A program made the translations under genes and the position numbers. A DNA stretch of 64,000 nt from Hamiltosporidium tvaerminnensis FI-OER-3-3 (taxonomy: Eukaryota; Fungi; Microsporidia), in NCBI GenBank assembly GCA_022605425.2, contig JAKIMF020000013.1:496001-560000 (forward strand). Direction: 5' to 3'. Below are positions 1 to 13,757 of this stretch, one piece after another; positions within the stretch are counted from its first letter, which is position 1; each line of letters opens with the position of its first letter. The notes below the pieces were generated by a model. It did not search any database. It was not told where the DNA came from and saw only the letters and a list, made by a program, of their open reading frames with translations.

Positions 1-537
1 AAAATAAAAGAAGAATTTAATTTATTTAATTTGACACTTCAAGAACAAATTCGAATTTTAGAAAATAATTTAAAATTGGATGAAGAAAATATAAAATTTT
101 TAAAAAAATTTGAATGCCGCGAAAAAGATCTCAAAACGATTGTAAATGTGTTTAGGAAATCGTATACAGAGCTTTGTTCAAAAATAGGAATTCTAGAGAA
201 AGAACTTGGAGAAGTCACATATTTTCAAGAAAATACAAGAAACTTAAATCATAAAAAAATTTTAGAAATGGCAGAAATGTTTTCAAAAGAAATAGCAGAA
301 GGAAAAGAACAAATAATTAAATGTAATGATTATTTAAAAAAGAAAAATAAAGAAATTAAAGAAATAAAACTTGAATTACGAAATTGTAATTCCAAAATTG
401 AAAAAATTGAATTGAAATCACAAAAATACAAAATTGAAAAAGAAAAAGCTTTAAATTCTTATAATAGTATTTTTCAAAAGTTAAAAGATAAAGAAAATTT
501 TATTAAAAAATTAGAAATGAAATTATATTCTCATTAA
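1..537 (+). CDS. 3' part of a coiled-coil protein, function unknown; runs off the left edge
   Basis: Frame is open from base 1 to TAA at 537; E/K/L heptad-rich; AATAAA follows at ~587. Confidence 0.7.
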   Translation, partial: KIKEEFNLFNLTLQEQIRILENNLKLDEENIKFLKKFECREKDLKTIVNVFRKSYTELCSKIGILEKELGEVTYFQENTRNLNHKKILEMAEMFSKEIAEGKEQIIKCNDYLKKKNKEIKEIKLELRNCNSKIEKIELKSQKYKIEKEKALNSYNSIFQKLKDKENFIKKLEMKLYSH

Positions 538-719
538 AGTTAACCTGTTTATACATTTAAATGATTTTTAAGTTTTTTTATTTTAAATAAATTAATTGAG
601 AGTTTAAGAAAATAAATATTTTATACATTTAAATGATTTTTAAGTTTTTTTTATCTTTATTAAATTTATTTACTCTGGTAGAACTTTTTTTTGAATGATT
701 ATAAATTAGAAGATTGGAA

Positions 720-880
720 AATATAAATAATAAAGGAGTATAAAAAAAGTAATGAAAGAATATAAAAAAAGTAATAAAAGAATATAAAAAAATATAAAAA
801 AAGTAATAAAAGAATATAAAAAAAGTAATGAAAGAATATTAAAAAAGAAATAAAAGAATATAAAAAAAGAAATAAAAGAA
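720..880. repeat. Purine-rich degenerate ~22-bp tandem repeat (ATAAAAGAATATAAAAAAAGTA-like)
   Basis: Repeat units directly visible between two convergent gene ends. Confidence 0.7.
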
Positions 881-1124
881 GATTATGAAACAGGTCTTTA
901 ATGTTAAACTTAAAAGATTCGACCCTTAGTTTTGATTATTATAGCAAGTTAATTTAAATAAAAATGTAGAGATTAGAATTTTTTGATTCTATTTTATACA
1001 GGAATTTAAATAAATTAGAAGATTCGAATTCTTGTTAAAATTTAAATAGAAATTTGGATGAAAATGAAAATTAATAGTTAGAACCTTTTTTTTATTAAGT
1101 AGGAATTCTGAGGAACAAAATGTT

Positions 1125-1718
1125 TTAAAATATTTGAAGTAATTCTTCAAATAAATGACATATCTTAGAAACTGTGACAGAAGCAGAAAGAGAATAATCA
1201 GATATTTTAAGAAGAAATTCTGCAAATTCAAAATCGTCTTTTCCTGATGGTATGGCTTTTACAAAGAAACAATATCCATTTTCTAATTTATCAATAATTT
1301 TATCTTTTTCAAGTTGTTTCCCATGTTGACTCAATCCTATCTTAATAATATTTGGCTGTAAATATTCAGTTACTGGATTTTTAATAACTTTCAATAAAAT
1401 TTTACCATTTTCTGATTTTATTTTCATTCTTTTTAAAAGTTCATCCATAAGTCCGTTAAATCTATTTAATGATCTTGGAATACGTATCTCAGAATTTACA
1501 TCAATTAATACATTTTGTACAGTTTTTATATAAATTTTTAATTTGCCCGCTTTATTTAATGGACTGTCAAGTAAAGATAAGAGACATTGATGTGTTATAT
1601 CACTTCTATTGTTGATTCTATCTTCATTGTTTTTAATACTTGCTTTTGTATTTTTCTTTTGTTTGTTTTTTCTACTCACAAAATGTGCATCTTCTAATAC
1701 AAAAATTATTTTTTCCAT
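1125..1718 (-). CDS. EMG1: 18S rRNA pseudouridine methyltransferase EMG1/NEP1 (SPOUT family)
   Basis: RSDITHQCLLSLLDSPLNKAGKLKIYI, RIPRSLNRFNGLM and ISDYSLSAS match NEP1 family motifs; CCC motif ~15 nt upstream of ATG. Confidence 0.95.
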   Translation of the reverse strand: MEKIIFVLEDAHFVSRKNKQKKNTKASIKNNEDRINNRSDITHQCLLSLLDSPLNKAGKLKIYIKTVQNVLIDVNSEIRIPRSLNRFNGLMDELLKRMKIKSENGKILLKVIKNPVTEYLQPNIIKIGLSQHGKQLEKDKIIDKLENGYCFFVKAIPSGKDDFEFAEFLLKISDYSLSASVTVSKICHLFEELLQIF

Positions 1719-1832
1719 TTATATCTTCTCAAGGGAAAACTTTTTTTTATTTTCTATTTTTTTTCCGTTGAATTTTTTTTTTAATATTTCGATGACTTTA
1801 AAATCTGTAATTTTATATTCTTTTATTTTCAT

Positions 1833-1988
1833 TGGCTTCTGGCTTCTGGCTTCTGGCTTCTGGCTTCTGGCTTCTGGCTTCTGGCTTCTGGCTTCTGGCT
1901 TCTGGCTTCTGGCTTCTGGCTTCTGGCTTCTGGCTTCTGGCTTCTGTCTTCTGGCTTCTGGCTTCTGGCTTCTGGCTTCTGGCTTCTT

Positions 1989-2026
<38 letters not shown>

Positions 2027-2038
2027 TCTATCTTCTGA
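1833..2038. repeat. 7-bp tandem array (TGGCTTC)n grading into (TGTCTTC)n, ~29 units
   Basis: Directly visible; produces the spurious LLASGFW ORFs in the track. Confidence 0.97.
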
Positions 2039-2328
2039 TGTAAATATATTTCTATGAAATCAGTATTTCATTTTTTTCGATTTTTATTCTATTAAATAGG
2101 TAACCCAATATAGTAATAAATCATTAATAGATTTTAATTTGTTCTATAAATAAATAAAAAAAACGTTTTTATAAAAAATTCGTTATCTAAGCCTGAAACT
2201 TGGTGTCACTAAAGAACACTACACATATATAACTTTACATTCTAATATTACAGTTAGCATGTGAAACACTGTAACAGTAAGCAATTCTAATGTTTTAAAC
2301 CATATAATTCTATCTACTTGGTATTACT

Positions 2329-2643
2329 ATGACAGAAAGTAAGAGAGAAGATGGTAGAGTAAGACACAAAAAAATGGGATGGTCAAAACCACGTATATTT
2401 ATATCATCACTTTTAATCATTTTAAGTATCGTATTTAGTATTTATATTATATATCCACTTACACAAGGCGAATACGAACCTAAATATTTTGCTGGTCTCT
2501 TTTTTGTACTTTTACATTTTTTTTATATTTTTAGTATTGTTACTGTCAAAAGAAGGCGGCAATTTGTATTTTGGATGATAAGTTTTTTACTTTTAGATTC
2601 TATTACATTTATATTTGTATTCTATGAAGATATAATAGTATAA
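2329..2643 (+). CDS. Small ~3-TM membrane protein, function unknown
   Basis: 104-aa ATG ORF with a basic N-terminus and three hydrophobic segments; protein-like composition. Confidence 0.7.
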   Translation: MTESKREDGRVRHKKMGWSKPRIFISSLLIILSIVFSIYIIYPLTQGEYEPKYFAGLFFVLLHFFYIFSIVTVKRRRQFVFWMISFLLLDSITFIFVFYEDIIV

Positions 2644-2763
2644 GAATTGATAAGAGAGATTATAGAGATGTGAATAGAGTGTTATTCCTATTATTTGTGT
2701 TATGTGAAGATATAATAGTATAAGAATTGATAAGATAGATTATAGAGATGTGAATAGAGTGTT
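2625..2763. repeat. 80-bp tandem duplication spanning the stop codon
   Basis: TATAATAGTATAAGAATTGATAAGA at 2631 and 2711. Confidence 0.9.
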
Positions 2764-3199
2764 CTTATTATTATTTATAGTTTATAATGGTTTTCATTGT
2801 TATAATATATTTGCATGATGCTGTTGTAGATTGAAAGAGAGGTTTGATATTTTATATTTGTAATATGATTTCCTGTAATAAATAAAGTTCTATATAGATA
2901 AATTTAATGATCTAATATTTGAGATAATATAGGCATAATTATAGGAAGTAAATAGGTATGTTTTTATTGGTCGAAGTATGCTTTATTTTGGGTTGTATTG
3001 TGTCTTTGATATCGATTGATTTGTTTTTAATCACTTTTTCTTAAATGACATCTCTGTGGTAGATTTTCAGCTTTTTTAAAATTTAATTTGAGTTTAAAAA
3101 TTCTACTTATCAACCAACTAAAAAACTTCGAAAGCTCATATAACTCTATTCTCATAGATTTGTTGAGATTTATCTTATAATATTTAATTAAAAGACTAT

Positions 3200-3566
3200 T
3201 CTATGTTATTATATGAGACAGGGGTCTCAGATTACGGTCTGATGCCAAATTCGGTCCGCATCAGCTTTTAAGGCATTTGTTTGCTGCTGGTACGTAACGT
3301 AATTTTTTGTAAAGTAAACGTTTTTAAAATATTCTAAAAAACTGCTTACTTATTGCATTCCTCTTTTACTTCTCGGTGTCGAGAATAAACAAATGAAAGT
3401 TTAGCATTTGTTTCTTTTAATCTGTTGTGACCCGGATTATAGGGGATTGGCCTGTAGATCTAGTGTGGTTATTATCCCACAAAAATGGCAAAAATGGATT
3501 TCACACCAATTATAAGCACACTTTGCCGACCAAATAGTTTTTAATGTAATTAATCTCTCTTCACCC
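3200..3566 (-). mobile_element. Structured non-coding repeat, type-2 copy J (3' limit uncertain)
   Basis: Reverse complement of 3345-3566 aligns with 56935-57156; first ~110 nt also align with 17310-17420; hairpins at 3214-3229, 3239-3264 and 3370-3385. Confidence 0.7.
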
Positions 3567-3941
3567 GACAAAATAAAATACAAGATATAATTTTCAAAAT
3601 GTACCATTTAAAGATATTTGATTAATTTTGAAATCTAGTATGTTATACTTAGAAAAGATATGAATATGTAGACTATTAAATATATTTTAGAAAATTTTAC
3701 TCTAAGATTGAGAATTTCTTATTTTGAAGCAAAAAAATTCTCATTTTTGAAATGTCCGTTTTTTTTAACATATATTGGGTTAAAAAGTTTTAATTTAATT
3801 TGTTTTTTATAGAAATTTTAAAAATTTTAATAAAATTGGTATTCATTTTTTAAATAAATTATTGATTTTAATTAGAAAAAAAATCAAAAGTGTCAATGAT
3901 TAAATTAAAAAAATATTTAAGTTGGTTTGAGTTTCTAAATA

Positions 3942-6223
3942 ATGATTCTATTTCTGTTAATGATACAGAAAAAAATATTTTCTGAAATATTAATTTTCAT
4001 AAACCTATTAGAAGTAGAAAAACCAGCATTTAACGACTTTATATCGTATGTTCAAATGAAGAATCAAACAGATATGGTTGCTTCTCGAATTTTAATAAAA
4101 GAAAGAGAAAAGGCGTATTTCTAAAAGGATTATGTAAGGAAACAAGAAAAATAGTCAGAAAAAGTATTTCTGTGCATCATTTAAATCCTTTGAATTTAAA
4201 AACAAACGAATTCGGTACCGAAGTTAAACAAGAAATACAAATTTATTTGCCACATATTACTGCATCTGATTTTGATTTATTTTGTAAAATGTTGCAGTTC
4301 TATTGTGATCCACTTGATTACTTGCCTTTAGAAACGTTTTTTAAATTTTTAAATATATTGAGTTGTTTAAATCTAGTATTGGATAAAAATTTAGACAAGA
4401 TATTGCTAAACCTCTTGATTTCTGTTCGATTTCCATGAAAATGATATATATGAGTTGAAACCAACAATTTTGCAATATATAGAAACATACACTATTTCTT
4501 CTGACATAGTTACCACAATGGGAAAATTATTTAAAAATTTATCATTATTTAAGATTGGTTTTGAACTAATATTATTCTTAAATACAACAAATGAAAAAAT
4601 GTATCATTATTATAACGTAAAATTTGAGACAAAAAGTGCAATTTTAATATCGAAGAATTTAAAAAAAATATTTTCAAATCAAAATTTTAAAAATACATTA
4701 ATTTTTAAAGTTATCTTTATAGTTTTTCTAAAAATGAATTTTAAAACTGCTATCTTTCATACCATACCTTCTAAAAATACAGAATTGAGGCATTTTCTTT
4801 CACAGATTCTTGATTCAGTTGATAAAGTAATATTTTACAAATTATCTATTGATAAAAAGCCGATTTCGTTCTTAAATAAGGAAAACTGTTTCAATAATTT
4901 AACAACAGTATATTTTTTTTTACCGGAATTACAATCAAATATATTGTCTTTTATTAATTATCTTTTAAATATATCAGAAATCTTTATAGAATTTGATGAG
5001 TGTTTCGAAGAGAGTGAATATAAGAAAACCAATATGAATTATCAAGTTGTAATTAAAGTGGTTAGATATAGATTGAAAAGGCTCTTTATATTGGAAAATT
5101 TCGAGTTTCTTGATATAAAAAACTATATTTTGAATTCTGTTTTTGAAATAAAATCAATAAATGATTTTGAAGAACAATTTAGGTTTTTAAATAAGATCGT
5201 CGAATTGAATAACGTTCGTGTGTTTCTTTATGGTATTATACCACTTGCCACAATTAATATTATTGAAACTTATATTTGGTGCACCTCTATAAACCTGATT
5301 TTAGATTTCAAAAATGAAATATATTCATTTCAAATTATACCTTTTGCAAATGTAAAAACCTTAAAAATAAGAAATATAGTAATAAATACTGGTTTTATTG
5401 GTTGTATATTAAACATATCTGGATTAGAAAACTTATATTTATTTGATTGTGGTATTACGGAGTATAATGAAACCGTTTCATATCCTAAAAATGATTCGAT
5501 AACTTCATTAAATTTATATGGAAAGAAAATGATTAGTATTGGCTTTATTTATAAATTTCTGTCCTCAATGATAAATTTAGAAAATCTTGCACTATTTAAT
5601 GATAATTTATCAGTTTTACTTGATTCGAATCAGAAATGTAAATTTTCTGCTAAAATAGAGTTAAAAGTGTTAGAATTTTGCTCTAGTTTTGAAAATTCTA
5701 AATGTGATTGTTTTTTTACTTTCCTTTTTTTGTTAATCATGAAATCTCTTTTGAACAAGGATTTCCACCTGGAACACTTAAAAAGATATTTTCTATTCCA
5801 GAAAATACCAACATAAAAAAACTATCATATCTTGATAATTACTTAGATTATTCTGATATTGGTGCCTTAGAAAATTTAAAGCTTCTTGAAAACATTGAAT
5901 GGACAGGTAATAATTCAAAAATTCGATTCTATATGCTTTTTAATATTACAAAAACATATAATATAAAATTTTTAGACTTAAATGAAGTAGAATTGGTTCG
6001 AAAAGATATAAAATTTATTTGCAGTTTAAAAAGTCTTGAAATATTGAATTTAACAATGTGTAGTTTCAAAAAGAAATGTTATAGAATGATAAGAAGAAAT
6101 AAATTAAAAACTTTAAAATGTTTCTATTTTGAAAATTTCTTCTCCACTAAAAACAAAAAAATCAAAATGCATTTACAAGAGGAATTCCCATCGAGTATTT
6201 TATCAATTTCACTAGATAAATAA
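3942..6223 (+). pseudogene. Frameshifted member of a BTB-like + LRR-like expanded family (paralogue of 25531-27918)
   Basis: Four consecutive ORFs in different frames; IQIYLPHITASDFDLFCKMLQFY resembles IRIILKDITYRSLQIFLKSLEY of the paralogue; LxxLxL repeats (LENLYLFDC, LENLALFND, LEILNLTMC). Some breaks lie in homopolymers and may be sequencing errors. Confidence 0.7.
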
Positions 6224-7373
6224 AATAAAATACATTTAAGGGCTGGCTATGTGTTGTTTTCATATTTTGCCCGTGGTTTTTTCCTTGCTTTTATCACTTC
6301 ATTATCAGTTTTTTGATATATTCGCCTAGATTTCAATTTTTTTGTCGTACCTTCATTCTTAAATTGTATAGTCCGCGTAAGGAGTCTATGGTTTGTATCT
6401 TTATTAACTTTACATTATCTTCATCGTTTCTTTATATTACTATAGGAGCTTATATTGCATATGTCTTTCTGCTTCTAATATTTAATTCACTGGTATTTTC
6501 CGGCTTTCATCGGTACTCAATCTTGGACTCAATCCGGTTTTGCAATCAAAAGAAATGGTTTCAAAGGCCATTTCATTGGTATTCTACAATAAATATATCT
6601 CGATTCGTGTGGGAATCTGGAACTTCTTAGAGCAAATATAATCGTATTTTCCAAAAATACATTAAAGAATTATTTTATAACGATTTTTTTGATACTAAAG
6701 CTAAATCGAAAATAATCATCAGCCTTTTGAGTTATATTTTTAGTCCTTGAGTGTCACAATCACAAAAAAGTCTTGCAAATTATCCCAACTTCAATGAGTG
6801 TAGTCTTATTAAATTTATGATCTAGAGTTAAATCTAGGTCTATTATTTTGAATTTATACATATGTTTTTGTTCTAACTTTCCCATGTATTTTCCCTAATC
6901 GTATTTTTAAGAGTGTGTGGACTTATGAATGTAAATAGAAATAAAATAACTTAAAAAATATCTAAAAGTTTAAGGAATAATAACAAATTAAAAAAAAATT
7001 GTGTACATGCTTAGTTTAACTGCCAACTTAATGAATATAAATACAGAATATATAAATACCTTAATCCATATTTTATTAAAAATCTTCGTTATCTTAATCT
7101 TAATTTTTATTTTAAAATTTCTAATTTTAACATACAGAATGCACAAAGAGTTAAAGAATAGTTAAAAAATACTATAAAAATATCAAAATTCTTTATTTTT
7201 TGAATCTTAATTTCAATGTTTAAATAATCAAAAAAACACATATAAGTGTTGTAATAATTAATAGATTGTCATAATTACACATATATATTGAATTATAGAA
7301 GTAGGAATACATGATTTCTGATATATTTCGAAACATATTCTTCATTTAGGGATTTTTTATATAATTAGAATAT

Positions 7374-9060
7374 TTACTGTCGAATATGAAAGCTGATGTT
7401 ATACATAAACCTTGTAATGTATTGATGATAATGAGCGGACATAAGTGTAATGATATTTAAAGGTGTGGATTTTAATGCACCTGAATCATTCCTAATATTT
7501 TTATATATAAGAGGAGGTACTAACCATGTAAGTGACCATAAAATAGAAATCAAATAATTTATAAACGTATAATTAGTCAAAGATCCTCAAAACAAAAATT
7601 CTTGTAACTAAATATACCACACGAAGAAATATTAAGAACTCTAAGAAGCTTGATAAGATTTTTTAACCGAATTAAGAAAAGACATAAAAAATGGCAACGA
7701 AGACAAAATTTCAAATAAAAGTATAGATATTTTATATGAATTACTGAATACATGCAAGATTAAGTTTCTCTTTTTGCTATTTTGCAATCTGATGTGAATC
7801 CACGGACGAAATGCAATAATATAAATGGGAAGATTATAAATATTAAATTTTGATTAGAAAATGGCATCAATAGTTTAAATCAGGAATATTTCTCGCTTAA
7901 AAGTATTCTGTTGAAGTTTCTTTGACTATTTATTAAATTTATTTTTCGTAAATTTTCATTACCAGTGATGAATCATATCCAGCAATAAACATCAAAAGTA
8001 AATAAACTATATTGAATTAACACAATACTATCACCATATATCTAACTTTAAATCCAAGAAACTTCCTTTTGTATCTTATGCTCATTAAAGTAAATTTCCA
8101 CGCCAACCCGGTGAATAATCTTTGAAACTCTTAGTTCAATAATTATTTATTTCTAAAGAATCTGAATTTTCGTCCAATCTTGTTTATCATTTTGGATAAA
8201 ACATTCTTATTTTAAAAAATTCCTCAAAAGCTTGGTCTATTTCTAATATTTTTTTAAACGGAAGTTTGGAAAACAATCAATAGATTTCTTCTTAAACCTA
8301 TTCGAGGCAAAATATTCGTCTGCTTTTTTACTTTAACCGGAATATTTTGTATGAGAATTTGAACGTAAAATAAGTTGATCAAATAGCTTATATTCTTCAA
8401 CTGAAGGTTGATCAATTGTAAAAATAATATTTATTTTTTGTTTTTGACATAAGTTTTTTAAAACTTTTTAAAATTCTAATGATCGTTTTAAAGACCTATT
8501 ATGCGTAGCATTATCTAAAAAAAATATATTAGGGATATATAAGCTCATTAGCGATCATGAATCGTTTAACTCATTCGACTCATATCATATGTAGTTGTAA
8601 AAAACTGTATTTTAACATATCCCAATCTTCAAATATTTTTTTAATTTAATTTTTATTTCCTAATTGTAATAGTTTAATTTCAATTTTGCTGTATATTTAA
8701 TCGCCTATGATACTGTAAGATCATGATTAGTAAAAATATCGTTATCGATATATCCTATATTTTTATACCACGTTTCTTGATTTCTTGTTTTTACATTGAC
8801 CAAAACTTGAACTTTTGTTTTAAAATCAGATAATAATTTACCCGCAAGAAAATTTAGAAGTGTCGTTTTCTCGCGCTTCCTTGAGCCCATTATTGCTTAC
8901 AGAGAACCGAATTCTATAATTACATTCGAGTTCTTTGTAATAAGATACATTTTATTGATTAAAAGTTTCAATTTCATTATTTCTCTATTCAAGATTCATA
9001 ACGGTTTATAAAACTTCTTTGTATTTATTTGTTTAATTGGTTGATTAGCCTTTTATGGAA
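7374..9060 (-). pseudogene. Decayed ABCG-type half transporter
   Basis: Walker-A remnant MGSRKREKTTLLNFLAG; IGYIDND..HDLTV; H-loop region IFTIDQPS..LFDQLI at ~8370-8430; hydrophobic TM remnants near 7400-7600; many stops and frameshifts. Confidence 0.8.
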
Positions 9061-11249
9061 ATTTAAATCCAGTTTGGTTTAAAAAGTGACATTTATTCAT
9101 ATTTCTACGGTTTTACATTTTTTTAAAATGAAGATTTTGCACAACCATACATCAATTTTGTATTAATTATATTTTTACATTACTTACACTTTCATTCTAT
9201 TAGAATTTTATATAAGTTTTGAATTGAAAAATCATGACGGAGCAATACAGGTTAGATCCGTGAAAATGTATAAAAATCTGTTACATTCTGATATATTTAC
9301 AAGTATGTAAGTGTTTTAAATCACCAAATAATTTATAAAAAAATGAATATTAGTGCAAATATTTAATAGTTTATATTTAAGAAAATAATTAATAAGAAAA
9401 CTATAAATTTGAAAAACTTTTATATTATGAGAAATTCATAGCTTAAGCATAGAAAAAACACATGATTTTATTAAAATATTTAAAGGATTCAGAAGTGAAT
9501 AAATTTTATAATGCGTAAATCGTGATAAGCCTAGAAAAAAACTTGACTTTAACAAATATTGAAAGGATTCAGAAGAGAATAAATTTTTAATGTGTAAATC
9601 GTCAAAATGCAAGGAGAATTAATATTTTTTCAGACAAGCAAATAAATAGAAATATGGTGAGAAATTAAAAAAAAGAAACAAAACTAACATACTCTTCAAT
9701 GCAGAAAATATAGCCATATACGGAAAAATGAAACAAAATATGAATGAAGAGTCGAAATTTAAATAGACATTAAGGTGGCTAAACCAGTAGAAGAAAAATT
9801 AAATCACAGGGAAAAATTTTCTTACTAAATAGATTAAAATTTTATTTTAGTATTTTTGTATTTTTAGGTTCATAAAAAAAGGCTGCAGAATAAAAACAAA
9901 AATTTTCTTCAAAAATACCAAAAACATACGTATAAACTATAGCGCAAATATACAGTAAAAGTTTATTAGAAAACATCTATTATCTTTTTAAAATAAAAAT
10001 GCGAGTTCCATGACAACTAGAAAAAGAAAAAAATCGGTGTTTTATTTTAGTATTATTTATAGCCTAAGGCTCATTATATCACTCTTCAATAGAAGTTTCT
10101 GCGAGGAAAACTTTGGATTCTATGAAGAAATTTGATAACTGGCTCTTTATGAATTAACCCGGTTAATGGCATTTCAGGTAACACTCGATTATGTAAAATT
10201 CGGTCTCTGAGAAGGACATTTAATGGTTTTTTGCTGTATAAAAGGCATCAAAAAATAATCTGAAACGGCTGAGCAGAGTTTTGAGGTATAAAATGGTTAA
10301 TTTATATGCACGTTTAGATCGATGAAATAATTGCTTTTATTCAACGAGATTTGGAGGTACGCAAGGTGAGCAGAATAAAGAATAATTTTTGTTATTAATT
10401 TTCTGATTGAGCCATTATCTCGGACTCAGAATGCTTATTAGATAATTCGAATAAATAAGTTTCAAGTAAAATCAAAGCAATCCGGACGTTAGAAATTAAA
10501 AAAATCTGGCTGAACTATATTTATATTTAATAGTTCGCTCTTTGCTTACGGATGGAACACAATCCAACGATGAATCAACGCTTCGAAAAGTTCTAGGCGT
10601 TCCAAAGACAATTTTCTTTTGATTGGTTAGGTTGTCAGCCTCACACAAAATTTCCGAACGAAAGATAGAGAGGGCACCGATGGGGGATCGAAATCGGTTT
10701 TTAGGAAGTAAATTTTGATATCCTCATTACTAGACCATTGGCGAAAGCCGAACTATATAACCACTAAAAGAATTGAAAGCTTCAAAAACTCTCGATTTGA
10801 TAAATTGAAGTGTGCATGCATGAATTTCATTCATCTCAGCCACTTAAAGATGGTGAGAATATTATACAAGCTGCGCAGGTATTTTATGCCGAGACACACA
10901 CAAAAAGAGTTAAAATCGATTTAAAACGAAAACATGGGGGATCAAATTGTTTTTTTGCTCTTCTTGAGGTCACATAGAACAAAAGTTAACTCACTGCTTT
11001 AGGAACGAAGAGACCAAGGAAACCATTTAGGGTTAGATAAAAAATGTCGCAAAATAATTTTCCTGAGGCTTTAGTCAAGAATATGAAGTTTCCAGGTACG
11101 TATGCTAATAAAACTTATAGTGTACAAAAGTAGAAGTTAATTCTAAAATTACTCGAGTTTATAAGCTTTTTAACCCAATTTAGTTATGTACCATCTAAAG
11201 ACGTCGAATTCAGCTAATTCGCACTATGAAAAATCCAAGTTTTAGATTA

Positions 11250-13235
11250 TAGTATGGCCCAGAGTTACCAGATGTCATATATAATTAATATCCTAGACCA
11301 TTTATACTGAATACTCTCTAGGCTACATTGTTTTATTTTATTCGTCTAAGAATACTCTTAATTGGCTTTTTTAGAAAAAATATGCCGGATTAATGATATT
11401 TAAAATTTCTTAATCAAAAAACTTACAAATTTCTTAACTTTTTGAATTGATATTTTTGTTTTTTTATGTTATGAAGGTAAACCACACCTGTTTACTTAAA
11501 ACTCGAACCGACATTTTTGATACTAAAATATATTTTACGCAGAGGAACTGACTAAATAGTAATCAGCTTTGGGCCAAATTTTTAGGAGTTAAAAAAAATC
11601 TTTAATAAAAGCCGTTAACTTTGGTGTGAAACGCCAGCGTTGCTAGCAGTAAATTTACTAGAGGCAGTTAAAAATGAGCAAATAACACCAAAAAATCCCT
11701 ACGTAATGTCGCTCATGAAAAGATTACAAAAAAAACTTGAAATCGACATTGATCGATATTAAAATAGGCTTATGATTCCTTGACAATGCTAATTTTCTAA
11801 ATTCCGTAGAGAACATAACTTTTATGATCAAACTTCACATTATTAACGCAACACATCAATATTAGAAAGTTCAATGGCATTAAGACTCAATTAAAATTAC
11901 AGAGAAGAATTTAAGAAGGATCATGATGAAAAATAGATGGTTTTTTCAGCTTTTTGTGCAGTATAAATCACCTGAACTTCGATTGCAACAAAGAATTACA
12001 ACGGAAGCAAGAGAAATCGAGTACATGTTTAAAAGCAAGCATTATCTGTTGTTTTTAATAGACTTTCCATTCAAGATAGATGTATTATTTTTTGAATGTT
12101 TACAGGCAAAAGTAAAGAATTTATCTAAAATTCATAGGCTTGAAATCAATTGAAAGAATTCAGGTTTGTTCTAAAAGAAAAAAGGCGAATTGATTATTTG
12201 ACATAAAAGAGATAGAAAAAAATTGCTCAGAGAAGCTCATTAATAAAAAAAAAGATATAAATGAACAGAATACAAAATTTCATGCAGTAAATTTAGCAAA
12301 GAAATTGCGTTCCTGAAATTTTGCAAAACGCATTATATAATTAACGTGAACTGAAAAGTTATCGAATAAATTTCGGCGTTCTCTATGTTTGATGATGTGT
12401 CAGATGATTTGAGAAATCTGATACACCCAAGAACAAAATGTTATTAAACCTGTTATCAGTATAAATTTACTTGGAACAGTCATTCATATCAGTAAGATTC
12501 AACTGAAGTAGATCTTATAATTATTATATTATCTTGACTAAATAGTGAAATACCTATTAGAAGAGCAGCAATCTTAAAGGTTTACAATAAAATGAAATAG
12601 ACTCATTGATAATAAAAGGTTTTTTAAAACAAAGTATAAACTATGAGAAAAGAATTATTAACGGATTTATATCTCAAAGTAAAAACAATTAATTGAATTC
12701 GAATTTAAAAAGTATAAAAATTATAATGAGTATGTGTTAGTGGCTTTTCAAATTCGACATGAAAAAGAACATTAATCTGAGTAACAAGATAAATTAGGCT
12801 AAAATGAAGGTACAAATGTGTTTATAGATAGAGGTCTAAATGGCAACACTGTTAAAACTTTGGTTTTCTGCTTTAATTCAGTGAAATGTTAAAAATATTT
12901 TAATTATAATTATGAAAGACGCCAAAATGAAGTCAGATTTTTGCATTTCTTTATAAACTTGATAGAAATTCATGTCTTTTAAACACATTAAAGGTATTTC
13001 ATTTTAAAAAATCCTAGAAATATAGTATGCTGGCTAAGATTAGACAAAATAGAAAATCACATACTAATATTTGTAAATATAGATCAGAAAATTTTTTAAA
13101 GAAATAAATGAATGAGATTAAATTATTTTAAACCGTAAAATTCCATAACATTTACTTCGAATGAAACTAAGTCTAAGACTTATGAACTCATAAATTTGTT
13201 TTTATTATAGATGTAATATAGATATAATTACCTTT
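11250..13235 (+). mobile_element. Highly decayed non-LTR retrotransposon (same family as 59440-61660)
   Basis: Collinear DNA matches such as AGAAGAGCAGCAATCTTAAAGG vs AGACGAGCAGCAATCCTCAAG and TTCTCTATGTTTGATGATG vs TTCTCTATGTTAGATGATG; ORF 11923 (SKHYLLFLID...AKVKNLSKIHRLEIN) aligns with RT TKHLLFIDD...EKVKKFVNNLEFKIN. Confidence 0.75.
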
Positions 13236-13757
13236 ACTTTAAGTTGATATGATATTGTAACAAATATAATAAAAATGATTTTGAAAACTCGATATACCAG
13301 TAAAAATATTTGTTTCTATTACCTTAGTACTATAAAAAAAATAATCACCACCAGGCCTTTTAATAATGTAATAATATTTAATTTTAAAAATACTTATGAA
13401 GCCTGCTAAAAAGCTTATCAAATACCATGCAAGAATTTTTATGTCAAACAAAATTTTAAAACCATTCAAACTCTTTGGAATTAAACATGATAATTTCAAA
13501 CCAAAAAAATGAAAAATCGAATCCTTGATTTTGGATCATGGAACCACGACAAAACTTATCGAAAAATATTAAATTTGAATCAAAATGTAAATTTGTGTCA
13601 AAAAATGGCACAAGAAATAGATTAAGTAAACAGAAAGATTTTACACTCAAGCTAATATTTAAAAAACTTTTAATCAAAATTTTAAAAGTTTTTAATAATT
13701 TATAGATAAATAAAGCCAAATACTACGTCCAAAACATTACAGAAAATCTATGTAAAA

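Noticed and set aside
1609-2043. 144-aa and 68-aa LLASGFW-repeat ORFs
   Set aside because: Products of the stop-free 7-mer array; the longer one also overlaps EMG1 antisense.
13239-13740. Hydrophobic ORF fragments on the minus strand downstream of the phosducin-like gene
   Set aside because: No recognisable motif, broken frames and no CCC-ATG; cannot be called.
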